Shown: positions 34,843 through 44,770 of the stretch, piece by piece
Layout: each line of letters begins with the position of its first letter
Position numbering within the stretch: position 1 is the stretch's first letter
Source: Phormidesmis sp.
GTDB lineage: Bacteria; Cyanobacteriota; Cyanobacteriia; Leptolyngbyales; Leptolyngbyaceae
NCBI GenBank assembly: GCA_965248535.1
Contig: CBDFJR010000005.1
Span: 1,952,001-2,016,000, forward strand
Direction: 5' to 3'
DNA length: 64,000 nucleotides
Made by a program: the position numbers and the translations under genes
The notes under the pieces: model-generated
Told to the model about the DNA's origin: nothing
What the model saw: the letters and a program-made list of their open reading frames with translations, nothing else
Databases searched by the model: none

Positions 34843-37404
34843 GTGGAGTCTCGTTATAAACCCGCCGATATTGAAGCAAAGTGGCAACAGGCTTGGATAG
34901 GCCAAGGACTGGCTAAAACGCCCACTGACAGCAGCAAGCTAAAGTTTTATGCGCTGTCGATGTTTCCCTATCCTTCTGGAAATCTTCACATGGGGCACGT
35001 GCGGGTTTACACGATCGTAGACGTAATTGCTCGGCTAAAGCGAATGCAGGGCTATCGTGTGCTGAACCCGATGGGCTGGGATGCGTTTGGATTGCCTGCG
35101 GAAAATGCGGCGATCGAGCGCAACATTCAACCCGCAACGTGGACTGATCAAAATATTGCTCAGATGCGAGACCAGCTAAAGGAGTTAGGTATCTCATTTG
35201 ACTGGGATCGCGAATTAGCAACCTGTTCGCCCGATTATTATCGCTGGACGCAGTGGATTTTTCTAGAATTCTTTAAAGCAGGGCTGGCTTATCAAAAAGA
35301 AGCCACGGTGAATTGGGACCCGATCGACCAAACCGTTTTAGCCAATGAGCAGGTCGATGCCGACGGAAAATCTTGGCGATCGGGGGCGATCGTTGAACGC
35401 AAACAGTTGCGGCAGTGGTTCTTGAAAATCACCGATTATGCCGAACAGCTATTGGCTGATCTCGATCAGCTAACCGGGTGGCCCGAGCGGGTCAAACTGA
35501 TGCAAGCTAACTGGATTGGCAAATCAGTCGGGGCTTATTTAGAGTTTCCGATCGTGGGCATGGATCAAAAAGTCGGCGTGTTCACCACCCGTCCCGACAC
35601 GGTTTATGGCGTGACCTATGTGGTGTTAGCGCCCGATCATCCCCTAACGCCACGGGTGACCGTGAGCGATCGCAAGTCAGCCATTAACGCATTTGTTCAA
35701 GAAGTCTCGACCCAAACCGAGTTAGAGCGGACTGCGGAAGACAAGCCCAAACGGGGCATTCCGACGGGTGGCACCGCGATCAATCCATTTACGGGCGAAG
35801 AAGTTCCGATTTGGATTGCAGATTATGTGCTGGTTGAGTATGGAACCGGGGCAGTGATGGGCGTTCCGGCTCATGACGTGCGAGATTTTGTATTTGCCCA
35901 GCAGAATGATTTGGCGATCGCTCCCGTCATCATTCCTGAAGGGGGCGATGCGACAACTCCGCTAACGGCTGCCTACACAGAACCCGGCGTGTTGGTTAAC
36001 TCTGCCGAGTTTGATGGAATGCCCTCTCTGGCTGCAAAACAGGCGATCATTCAAAAAGCTGAAACCGAAGGCTGGGGAAGTGCTCGGATTCAATATCGGC
36101 TGCGCGATTGGTTGATTTCGCGCCAGCGCTATTGGGGGGCCCCGATTCCGATCGTGCATTGTCCCAACTGCGGTGCGGTGGCGGTTGCCGATGCTGATCT
36201 GCCCGTGAAACTGCCTGAAGATGTCGAGTTTTCGGGGCGTGGGGCTTCTCCGTTAGCCAAGTTAGAGGCTTGGGTGAATGTGCTCTGCCCGACCTGCGGC
36301 ACGCCTGCCAAACGAGAAACCGACACGATGGATACCTTTATGGATTCGTCGTGGTATTTCTTGCGCTACCCCGATGCCAAAAATGATCAGGCAGCCTTCG
36401 ATCGCGCCCAGATCAATGATTGGATGCCCGTTGATCAATATGTGGGCGGCATTGAACACGCGATCTTGCACTTACTGTATTCGCGATTTTTCACAAAAGT
36501 GTTGCGCGATCGGGGCTTACTAAATTTTGACGAACCGTTTCAGCGGCTGCTAACCCAGGGCATGGTGCAGGGCAAAACCTACAAAAATCCCCGCACGGGC
36601 AAGTATGTGATCGCGACTCAGATTGCAGATTTGACGGCTCCGATCGATCCTGAGACGGGCGACAAACTAGAAGTCGTCTACGAGAAAATGTCGAAGTCAA
36701 AACACAACGGCTTGGCACCAGGAGACGTGATTAAAAAATATGGTGCTGACACGGCTCGGATGTTCATCTTATTTAAAGCGCCCCCTGAAAAAGATCTAGA
36801 GTGGGAAGACGCAGACGTTGAAGGACAGTTTCGATTTTTGAATCGGGTTTGGCGGCTAGTTACCGACTTTGCAGAGCAGGGAGCGGGGATCAAGAGTCCG
36901 GGATCAGACCTCAGTAAGCCTGAAAAAGAACTGCGGCGATCGATTCACATTGCCATCAAAGAAGTCACTGAAGATTTGCAGGGTGACTATCAGTTCAACA
37001 CGGCCGTCTCAGAGATGATGAAGCTGAGTAACGCCCTCAATGATGCGGCGATCAAAGAGTCTCCTGTCTACGCAGAAGGCATTCAGACTTTATTGCGGCT
37101 GCTGGCTCCGTTTGCGCCTCACATTGCTGAAGAATTGTGGCATCAATTGGGGCAGACCGATTCGATTCACACCCAACCGTTTCCGATTCTCGACCCGGCG
37201 GCTTTGGTGGCAGATGAGATCACGATCGTGATTCAGGTTATGGGCAAAACGCGAGGCACGATTCAAGTCCCGGCGCAGGCTGATAAGGCAGCGATCGAGC
37301 AAGCTGCCCGCGAGTCAGAGGCAGCGCGGCGACACATCAATGGCAAAGAGATCAAGAAAGTGATTGTCGTGCCTGGAAAACTAGTGAACTTTGTCGTTGG
37401 CTAA
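34843..37404 (+). CDS. leuS: Leucine--tRNA ligase
   Basis: [25 protein letters not shown] editing motif, KMSKS. Confidence 0.97.
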   Translation: MESRYKPADIEAKWQQAWIGQGLAKTPTDSSKLKFYALSMFPYPSGNLHMGHVRVYTIVDVIARLKRMQGYRVLNPMGWDAFGLPAENAAIERNIQPATWTDQNIAQMRDQLKELGISFDWDRELATCSPDYYRWTQWIFLEFFKAGLAYQKEATVNWDPIDQTVLANEQVDADGKSWRSGAIVERKQLRQWFLKITDYAEQLLADLDQLTGWPERVKLMQANWIGKSVGAYLEFPIVGMDQKVGVFTTRPDTVYGVTYVVLAPDHPLTPRVTVSDRKSAINAFVQEVSTQTELERTAEDKPKRGIPTGGTAINPFTGEEVPIWIADYVLVEYGTGAVMGVPAHDVRDFVFAQQNDLAIAPVIIPEGGDATTPLTAAYTEPGVLVNSAEFDGMPSLAAKQAIIQKAETEGWGSARIQYRLRDWLISRQRYWGAPIPIVHCPNCGAVAVADADLPVKLPEDVEFSGRGASPLAKLEAWVNVLCPTCGTPAKRETDTMDTFMDSSWYFLRYPDAKNDQAAFDRAQINDWMPVDQYVGGIEHAILHLLYSRFFTKVLRDRGLLNFDEPFQRLLTQGMVQGKTYKNPRTGKYVIATQIADLTAPIDPETGDKLEVVYEKMSKSKHNGLAPGDVIKKYGADTARMFILFKAPPEKDLEWEDADVEGQFRFLNRVWRLVTDFAEQGAGIKSPGSDLSKPEKELRRSIHIAIKEVTEDLQGDYQFNTAVSEMMKLSNALNDAAIKESPVYAEGIQTLLRLLAPFAPHIAEELWHQLGQTDSIHTQPFPILDPAALVADEITIVIQVMGKTRGTIQVPAQADKAAIEQAARESEAARRHINGKEIKKVIVVPGKLVNFVVG

Positions 37405-37437
37405 GTCTCGCTTGTAAGCGCACCCTGCACGAGTGAT

Positions 37438-37459
37438 AAACGTGATCTAAATCACAAAA
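37438..37459. promoter_or_regulatory. CRP (SyCRP1-type) binding site
   Basis: AAACGTGATCTAAATCACAAAA vs consensus AAATGTGATCTAGATCACATTT; about 210 bp upstream of cpdA. Confidence 0.65.
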
Positions 37460-37665
37460 ATTGCCGCGACAGATCGCACAACTTCGCTGAGTCAGATACT
37501 AACCTAAAAGGGTGAGAAGGCAGCTTGTCGGTTCTCATCATTTTCTAGCTGAGAGTTTTCGTTTAAAGTCTAGCGGCTCGAAGGAACGTGTTGAAGGCGC
37601 TTTGAGACGGCTCAAGACCTTACCCGGTAAGCATTTACTTTAATTGATCGTCCTCCGCCACTTGT

Positions 37666-38466
37666 ATGATTCACGCTTCCCCTCAGCTCATTGCTCAGAT
37701 TACCGATATTCATTTGTTTGCAGACCCTCACCAAGATCTATTGGGAATGCCGACCGCAGACTCGTTTCAAGCCTTGATCAGTCAGTTGGCTAGACTGTCT
37801 CCTCAACCTGATCTATTGCTGCTGACGGGCGATCTTTCGCAAGATGGCACGCCGAGATCTTACGATCGCTTACAAGCTCTGCTGGCCCCGTTAGGAATTC
37901 CGGTTTATTGGCTACCGGGCAATCACGACGCTGATCTTGAGGAGATGGAGCGATCGCTGACTCACCCGATCTTCATGCCCGATCGCTCATTTGAGGCAGG
38001 CGGATGGCGGTTTGTGTTGCTCGACTCTCAAGAACCTGGCTGTGTGCATGGCTTCCTTTCGCCCCGTGAGCTAGACCGACTTGATCGAGATCTTAGTCAA
38101 TATTTAGAGCAGCCCACGATCGTCGCGCTGCACCATCCTCCTTTTCAGATGTGCTCTGACTGGCTAGACATGAGTATTTTGCAAAACCCCGAAGCTTTGT
38201 TTGAGGTGCTCGATCATCATCCTCAAGTCAAACTGGTTTTATTTGGGCACATTCATCAAGAGTTCGAGCGCCAAAGACACGAAGTTACTTATTTAGGAAC
38301 TCCGTCAACGTGCGTTCAGTTTGAGCCAAGAAGCCAGGAGTTTTCGATTGACGCTGAGGAACCTGGGTTTCGGCTCCTCAATCTCTACCCCAATGGCAAT
38401 TGGGACACCCAAGTCAAGCGGGTTTCCTACTCTCATCAGCTTGATCTAGCCGCAGCAGGCTACTAG
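37666..38466 (+). CDS. cpdA: 3',5'-cyclic-AMP phosphodiesterase (Icc/CpdA)
   Basis: TDIHL, TGDLSQD, PGNHD, HHPP, GHIHQ, PSTCVQF. Confidence 0.88.
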   Translation: MIHASPQLIAQITDIHLFADPHQDLLGMPTADSFQALISQLARLSPQPDLLLLTGDLSQDGTPRSYDRLQALLAPLGIPVYWLPGNHDADLEEMERSLTHPIFMPDRSFEAGGWRFVLLDSQEPGCVHGFLSPRELDRLDRDLSQYLEQPTIVALHHPPFQMCSDWLDMSILQNPEALFEVLDHHPQVKLVLFGHIHQEFERQRHEVTYLGTPSTCVQFEPRSQEFSIDAEEPGFRLLNLYPNGNWDTQVKRVSYSHQLDLAAAGY

Positions 38467-38756
38467 TGAAATCGCGGATGCAGCAGGGCTGACACGGGTT
38501 CGCCCTGTTTGAGGTGTTGCTCAACGATCGCTGCCACATGGTCAGGCTTGACTCGACAATACCAAATCTCGTCGGGCAACACTCGCACGGTTGCGGCCAT
38601 GTTGCACTGGCCTTGACATTCACTGCCGACGACGGTCACGCCCGCGATCGGGGTCGCCAAAAAATGAGCCAACACCTCGGCTGATCCCCTCGCGAGGCAA
38701 CTTTGGTGCTGGCAGACTAAAACTTCAAACGTTCTATTTTCCAAATCCCTTCCCAC
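38463..38756 (-). CDS. Thioredoxin-like [2Fe-2S] ferredoxin (start uncertain)
   Basis: VCQHQSC...CQGQC, WYCRV, IVEQHL; overlaps the cobW stop. Confidence 0.78.
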   Translation of the reverse strand: MGRDLENRTFEVLVCQHQSCLARGSAEVLAHFLATPIAGVTVVGSECQGQCNMAATVRVLPDEIWYCRVKPDHVAAIVEQHLKQGEPVSALLHPRFH

Positions 38757-39870
38757 GACTGACTGAAGGAATAGTGAGACAGCTTTCGACCTGCGATCGT
38801 AAGGCTTCATGATCGAGACCCTGCCCGATCAGCACCAGTTGATTTTTAGGCGTGCCGACCCACTGGTCGTCGTCTAGAGAAAACCGCTTGCCGCTGAGGT
38901 GAAAAATGTGACGTTTAGGGCTTTCATCAAACCAGAGAATGCCCTTGGCACGAAACACATTAGTCGGCAACTGATTGTCTAAAAAGTGCTGAAATTTGCG
39001 AATGTTAAAAGGACGATCGCTCTCAAACGAGACCGACGTAAAGCCATCATTTTCTAGGTGGTTTGAGTGGTGATGGTGGTCATGGTCATGATCGTGTTCA
39101 CACTTGCCATGATCGTGATCGCAAGCCCCATGATCTTCATGCTTGTGATGATCATGCGCGTGGGCGTGATCATCATGATCGTGATGCTCAGATTTCTCAG
39201 CTTCTTCAGCAAAATATTTATCTGACTCAAACAATCCCACACTGAGCAGGGCTGCTAGGGGAGCCTGTCCCTTCACCGTTCGCAAAATTCTTGCGCCTTC
39301 TTTGATATCGCGAATTCGCACTTCTAGCGAGTCCAGACTGGTTTCATCCACCAAGTCGGCTTTGTTAAGAAGAATAATATCTCCGTAGGCGATTTGACTG
39401 TAGGCCGCTTCGCTGTTAAACAAATCGAGACTGAAATTTTCAGAATCAACCACGGTGATGATCGAGTCAAGCCGAGTCATATCTCGCAACTCGGTGCCCA
39501 AAAACGTCATCGCGACGGGCAGCGGGTCAGCCAATCCAGTCGTCTCAACCACAAGATAATCGATCGAGTCTTGCCGCTCAAGAACTTTGTAGACAGCCTC
39601 TACCAGATCATTGTTAATGGTGCAGCAAATGCAGCCATTGCTGAGTTCGACCATGTTATCGTCATCGGTCTTGATAATCAGTTCATTATCGATGCCAATT
39701 TCGCCAAACTCATTCACCAACACGGCGGTCTTTAATCCCTGCTGATTGGTCAAAATGTGATTTAGAAGCGTGGTTTTGCCGCTACCCAAAAACCCTGTGA
39801 TGATGGTAACGGGAAGCCCATGTTTAGGGACATCCATGACTGATGGAGACGAGGTGGCTGCTGTTTGCAT
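38734..39870 (-). CDS. COG0523/CobW-family metallochaperone GTPase with a His-rich insert
   Basis: GFLGSGKTT, NEFGE, GCICC, ETTGLADP, NKAD, poly-His/Asp tract. Confidence 0.92.
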   Translation of the reverse strand: MQTAATSSPSVMDVPKHGLPVTIITGFLGSGKTTLLNHILTNQQGLKTAVLVNEFGEIGIDNELIIKTDDDNMVELSNGCICCTINNDLVEAVYKVLERQDSIDYLVVETTGLADPLPVAMTFLGTELRDMTRLDSIITVVDSENFSLDLFNSEAAYSQIAYGDIILLNKADLVDETSLDSLEVRIRDIKEGARILRTVKGQAPLAALLSVGLFESDKYFAEEAEKSEHHDHDDHAHAHDHHKHEDHGACDHDHGKCEHDHDHDHHHHSNHLENDGFTSVSFESDRPFNIRKFQHFLDNQLPTNVFRAKGILWFDESPKRHIFHLSGKRFSLDDDQWVGTPKNQLVLIGQGLDHEALRSQVESCLTIPSVSRGKGFGK

Positions 39871-40024
39871 AACGCGCTTGCTAGAAACATCAAAAAGTGG
39901 AGACAGTCGAGAGCCAGAAAATAAGGTCTGATCAAATTCCCGATCGCTCTCTTCCTATTATTGCTGATCTACGATTGTATGATGAGCACTCAGAGACAAT
40001 CGATCTATTCCAACCCTGACTCCT

Positions 40025-41476
40025 ATGGCCTTAACGCTCTATAACACCCTGACTCGTCGCAAAGAAGTCTTTGACCCGATCGATCCCCATCAGGTGCGGA
40101 TGTATTATTGCGGCGTGACGGTCTATGACTATTGCCACTTGGGGCACGCCAGGGCTTGCATAGTCTGGGATACGGTGCGTCGCTATCTCAAGTGGCGCGG
40201 CTATAGCGTGCGCTATGTGCAAAACTTTACTGACATTGATGACAAGATTTTGAATCGAGCGCGACAAGAAGGAACTTCAATGGAAGCCGTCGCCGAATTC
40301 TATATTCAGGCCTATTTTGAGGATATGGCGCGATTAAACGTCACGGAGGCTGATGAATATCCCCGTGCGACCCACACGATCGACGGCATTCAGCGCCTGA
40401 TCCACGAGCTAGAGCAAAAGGGAAGCGCCTACCCTAGCGCTGGAGATGTTTACTACTCGGTTCGCAGTTTTCCGGGCTATGGCAAACTGTCGGGGCAAAA
40501 GCTAGATGAGATGCAGACGGGAGCCAGCGGCCGGGTTGAGACTGTCCATGAGCCAAACCAGCCTCAAAAGCGAGACCCGGCTGATTTTGCCTTGTGGAAG
40601 TCAGCCAAACCTGACGAACCCGCCTGGGAATCACCTTGGGGGGCTGGCCGTCCGGGGTGGCACATTGAGTGCTCGGCGATGGTGCGCGATCGTCTGGGCG
40701 ACACGATCGACATTCACGCTGGGGGCAATGATCTGATCTTTCCGCACCACGAAAACGAGATTGCTCAGTCAGAGGCGGTGACAGGCAAACCGCTCTCTCG
40801 CTATTGGATGCACAACGGCATGGTGAACGTGGGCGGCGAAAAGATGTCAAAATCCCTCGGCAACTTCACCACGATTCGCGATTTGCTCGATCGTAAGTCC
40901 ATTGACCCGATGGTGATTCGGCTGTTTGTGCTGGGAGCCAGCTATCGCAAGCCGATCGACTTCACTGACGACGCGCTGAGTGCGGCTCAAAACGGCTGGA
41001 ACACTCTCAAAGAAGGGCTTTTGTTTGGCTATGACTATGGCGATCGGCTGAATTGGCACGATCCAGAAACTCCCCAAACGACTGCTTTAGATCAGTTCCA
41101 GACCGCAATGGATGATGACTTCAACACTTCTAGCGGGTTGGCGGTTTTATTTGAGATCGCTAAAGCACTACAGCGCGAAGGCAATCTGCTCGTGCATCAG
41201 GGTAAAACTGACGCATCTCCCGACACGCTCAAACAGCAGTGGCAAACGCTGGTAGAACTCGCCCAAGTGCTGGGTCTAGAAGCCAAGCCAGACGCAGATC
41301 TGCCTGCAACCGATGGGTTGTCAGACGGTGAGATTGAGACCGAAATTCAGCGCCGACGAGACGCGAAACTGATCAAAAACTTTGCTGAAGCCGATCGCAT
41401 TCGCAACGAGCTTCAAGCTCACGGAATTAGTCTGATTGACAAACCGGGGGGTGAAACCCTCTGGCATCGAAGTTAG
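40025..41476 (+). CDS. cysS: Cysteine--tRNA ligase
   Basis: [37 protein letters not shown]. Confidence 0.97.
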   Translation: MALTLYNTLTRRKEVFDPIDPHQVRMYYCGVTVYDYCHLGHARACIVWDTVRRYLKWRGYSVRYVQNFTDIDDKILNRARQEGTSMEAVAEFYIQAYFEDMARLNVTEADEYPRATHTIDGIQRLIHELEQKGSAYPSAGDVYYSVRSFPGYGKLSGQKLDEMQTGASGRVETVHEPNQPQKRDPADFALWKSAKPDEPAWESPWGAGRPGWHIECSAMVRDRLGDTIDIHAGGNDLIFPHHENEIAQSEAVTGKPLSRYWMHNGMVNVGGEKMSKSLGNFTTIRDLLDRKSIDPMVIRLFVLGASYRKPIDFTDDALSAAQNGWNTLKEGLLFGYDYGDRLNWHDPETPQTTALDQFQTAMDDDFNTSSGLAVLFEIAKALQREGNLLVHQGKTDASPDTLKQQWQTLVELAQVLGLEAKPDADLPATDGLSDGEIETEIQRRRDAKLIKNFAEADRIRNELQAHGISLIDKPGGETLWHRS

Positions 41477-41557
41477 ACTAGAAACTGCGTCAATTGTTCC
41501 TCTGTGGTGAAACTGAGCCGCAGGGAAACCTGTTCATGACTTCTCAGAGCTTTAACC

Positions 41558-42997
41558 ATGATTGTTGAATTGTCAAACTTGCTCTCAGCCCTCAAGGTCT
41601 CAGCAGACTGGGTAGGTCTCAGAGCCACTCAGGAAGCCTCTACCCATCGCACCGTTCGAGACGGCATCCCCGAATATAACCGCACGACCACGACCCAGGG
41701 CATCATGGTCGAGGTGTTGGTGAAGGGTCAAATCGGCTATGCTGCAACCAATTTGCTGACCTTAGAAAGCGTTCAGACGGCCGCACTGACGGCGCAACGA
41801 CAAGCGATCGCCGCCAGCGAATGGAATATTCACCCAACGCCGCTCTCTGCCCGCCCCAAAGTCGTAGAAAACTACACATCGCCGATTCTCAAGCCGTTTG
41901 ACGCACTGACTCCGGGTGAGATCAGCGACATCTTGATTAAGATTTGTCACACACTCAAGGTTTCTGATCAGATTGTTCAGACCAGCGCCACGGCGATCAC
42001 TACCGAAACCGAAACCTGGTTTGTCAGCAGCAATGGGTCTGAAGCCCATCAAAAATTTTGGATGATTAGCACCGATTATTCGGCGACGGCTCAAGCGGGG
42101 GCGATCGTGCAGCGGCGATCTCACAATGGCGGCTTGGCTCACTGTTATCAAGGCGGCATTGAGCATTTCGTCACTCCTGATCTGTGGCAGCGAGTTAAGC
42201 AGATTGGCGAGCAAGCGATCGAGCTATTGACCGCCGAAGAATGTCCGACTGAGACGACAACGTTAGTATTAGCACCTGACCAAATGCTGCTGCAAATTCA
42301 CGAAAGCGTAGGGCACCCGCTAGAGCTAGACCGAATTTTGGGCGACGAGCGCAATTATGCAGGCGGCAGTTTTGTCAAACTCGAAGATTTTGGCCAGCGG
42401 GTCTATGGCTCCCCGTTGATGAATATCACCTTTGACCCGACTGTGCCCGGAGAGTTTGCCAGCTATCGCTTTGACGACACAGGCACCCCGGCTACTCGTG
42501 AATATTTGATTAAAGAAGGCACCTTGATGCGCGGTTTGGGCAGCCTCGAAAGTCAAGCCAGAGCCGGAGTTTTAGGCGTTGCTAGCACGAGGGCTTCGTC
42601 GTGGAACCGTCCGCCGATCGACCGGATGGGCAATCTCAATCTCGAACCCGGTAGCGGTAATTTTGAGGAGACGATCGCCAGCGTCGAGCGCGGCATTTTT
42701 ATGGAAGCCAATCGCTCTTGGTCGATCGACGATCAGCGGCACAAATTTCAATTTAGCTGTGAATATGGCAAATTGATCGAGCAGGGTAAATTGACTAAAA
42801 CCGTGCGAAACCCCAACTATCGAGGCGTTACGCCGGAGTTTTGGGGCAGCCTGGTCAAAGTGGGCGATCGCTCAACCTGGCAGATGTATGGCACGCCGTT
42901 TTGCGGCAAAGGCGAACCCAATCAGGCCATTCGCGTCGGACACGGATCGCCCATCGCGGTGTTTGCCAATGTTGAAGTGTTTGGAGGTGGGGCATGA
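41558..42997 (+). CDS. tldD: TldD-family metalloprotease subunit
   Basis: HESVGH zinc motif, RMGN, CGKGEPNQ. Confidence 0.88.
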   Translation: MIVELSNLLSALKVSADWVGLRATQEASTHRTVRDGIPEYNRTTTTQGIMVEVLVKGQIGYAATNLLTLESVQTAALTAQRQAIAASEWNIHPTPLSARPKVVENYTSPILKPFDALTPGEISDILIKICHTLKVSDQIVQTSATAITTETETWFVSSNGSEAHQKFWMISTDYSATAQAGAIVQRRSHNGGLAHCYQGGIEHFVTPDLWQRVKQIGEQAIELLTAEECPTETTTLVLAPDQMLLQIHESVGHPLELDRILGDERNYAGGSFVKLEDFGQRVYGSPLMNITFDPTVPGEFASYRFDDTGTPATREYLIKEGTLMRGLGSLESQARAGVLGVASTRASSWNRPPIDRMGNLNLEPGSGNFEETIASVERGIFMEANRSWSIDDQRHKFQFSCEYGKLIEQGKLTKTVRNPNYRGVTPEFWGSLVKVGDRSTWQMYGTPFCGKGEPNQAIRVGHGSPIAVFANVEVFGGGA

Positions 42998-44337
42998 CAA
43001 CAGCAGGCAGTTTCTTAGAACGTAGTTTTGATCAATTGGTAGACGCGATCGCCAACGAGCTTAAACCCGACGAACAGTTCACCCTCAGCCTAAACAGTGA
43101 GCAAAGCCAATTTACGCGATTTAACCACGCCAAAGTCCGGCAAACCGGATCGGTCAATGATGGCACCTTGTCTCTCACCCTGATGCAAGAGCAGCGCAGC
43201 AGTGATCATCAGTTTCCCTTTACGGGAGATTTAGAGGTCGATCGACCCAGAGCCACAATTGCTTTAGAGGCGTTGCGAAGAGAGGTGTCTCAACTGCCAG
43301 CCAACCCTTATCTGGTGTTGCCGTCGGGCAAAGAAACGAGCCAGGAAATCTACACGGGGCAGCTTTTGGCGATCGATGAAGTGGTGCCAACTCTGCTGTC
43401 TGTGGTTGCAGATCTTGATTTCACAGGCATCTACGCCGCCGGATTGATGATTCGCGCTTACGCCGATTCGGTCGGACAAAAGCACTGGTTTGCGACTGAT
43501 TCCTTCTCGCTTGACTATTCCCTGTTCACGCCCGATGGTCAAGCGGTCAAAGGCACCTTTGCGGGCGATCGTTGGGATCAGGCTGCCTACGTCGCTAAAA
43601 TTCAAACCTCAAGACTGCAACTCGATCGCCTCAGCCAGCCGCCCAAATCGATCGGACGGGGCCGCTATCGCACCTATTTAGCCCCAGCCGCGATCGCCGA
43701 ACTGGTGGATATGCTGTCTTGGGGCGGCGTGAGTGAGTCGTCTTATCAGCAGGGCGGCAGTTGTTTCGGCGCGATGCGGCGCGGTGAAAAGAAACTCTCG
43801 CCTAAGTTCACGCTGCGCGAAAATTTTCGGCATGGGCTGGTGCCCCGATTTAATGATTTGGGCGAAGTTGCCCCGCTAGATCTGGCGATCGTCCAAGACG
43901 GTGAGCTAGCCAATATGCTCATATCGTCTAAAACGGCCAAAGAATATAAGCTGGTTGCCAATGGTGCAGATCAAGGAGAATCTCTACGATCGCCCGAAAT
44001 CTCGCCCGGTGAGTTGGCTAGCGATCAGATTTTGGCAACCTTGGGAACAGGTTTATATCTCTCAAACCTGCACTATTTGAACTGGAGCGATCGCCCCACC
44101 GGACGGATCACGGGCATGACCCGCTATGCCTGTTTTTGGGTCGAAAATGGCGAAATTGTGGCCCCGATCGAAAATCTGCGGTTTGATGACAGCTTCTATC
44201 AATTTTGGGGCGAAAATCTAGTCGCGTTGACCAACTTCCAAGAATTCATTCCCGATGTGGGCACTTACGAAAATCGCAATCTTGGCGGCTCTTGGGTTCC
44301 TGGAATGATGGTGAATGATTTCACCTACACGCTCTAA
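42994..44337 (+). CDS. TldE/PmbA-family subunit
   Basis: 4-nt overlap with tldD; TGMTR, NLRF; no HExxxH. Confidence 0.82.
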   Translation: MTTAGSFLERSFDQLVDAIANELKPDEQFTLSLNSEQSQFTRFNHAKVRQTGSVNDGTLSLTLMQEQRSSDHQFPFTGDLEVDRPRATIALEALRREVSQLPANPYLVLPSGKETSQEIYTGQLLAIDEVVPTLLSVVADLDFTGIYAAGLMIRAYADSVGQKHWFATDSFSLDYSLFTPDGQAVKGTFAGDRWDQAAYVAKIQTSRLQLDRLSQPPKSIGRGRYRTYLAPAAIAELVDMLSWGGVSESSYQQGGSCFGAMRRGEKKLSPKFTLRENFRHGLVPRFNDLGEVAPLDLAIVQDGELANMLISSKTAKEYKLVANGADQGESLRSPEISPGELASDQILATLGTGLYLSNLHYLNWSDRPTGRITGMTRYACFWVENGEIVAPIENLRFDDSFYQFWGENLVALTNFQEFIPDVGTYENRNLGGSWVPGMMVNDFTYTL

Positions 44338-44600
44338 GACTTGAGTAAAAAGGGCTGCTCATAGAGGCGAGTAATTTGAAACGTGATCTGGGTTTCGCCA
44401 TTTTGCCAGGTGAGTTGCACGATCGTCACATCGGCATGAGCCACCCAATGCTGATCGACTAAGGGAATGGGCACATCGATCGGAATAATTCGATACTCTA
44501 ATTTTTTGACGTGATGCGTTGCGTTTAGCTCTAACTTATCGGGATATCCCTGCGACGAATTCAGCTTTAAAATGCTGTTAACTTGACATGGCATTCCCAT
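44334..44600 (-). CDS. DUF2584-like small protein
   Basis: MGMPCQVNSILKL...YRIIPIDVPIPL; GGAG RBS at 44607-44610. Confidence 0.68.
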   Translation of the reverse strand: MGMPCQVNSILKLNSSQGYPDKLELNATHHVKKLEYRIIPIDVPIPLVDQHWVAHADVTIVQLTWQNGETQITFQITRLYEQPFLLKS

Positions 44601-44770
44601 AGCAGACTCCATAAATTGACATCCTCTACGCCCAACCCTGCGGGTATGAACGCAGATTCCCAAGACTCACGACTTAGGTTTCTGCTTCACAAGCACTTGA
44701 CTAGGCATTGCTGCCCCCGCCAGTACGCCTCCACAGACTGTTTCTTCTACCGTGTGCCCCACGGCGGATA
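44596..44770 (-). ncRNA. Predicted TnpB omega/reRNA (scaffold overlapping the tnpB 3' end plus flank-derived guide); 5' boundary approximate
   Basis: Inferred from the known architecture of TnpB elements and the right-end hairpin at ~44626-44655. Confidence 0.5.
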
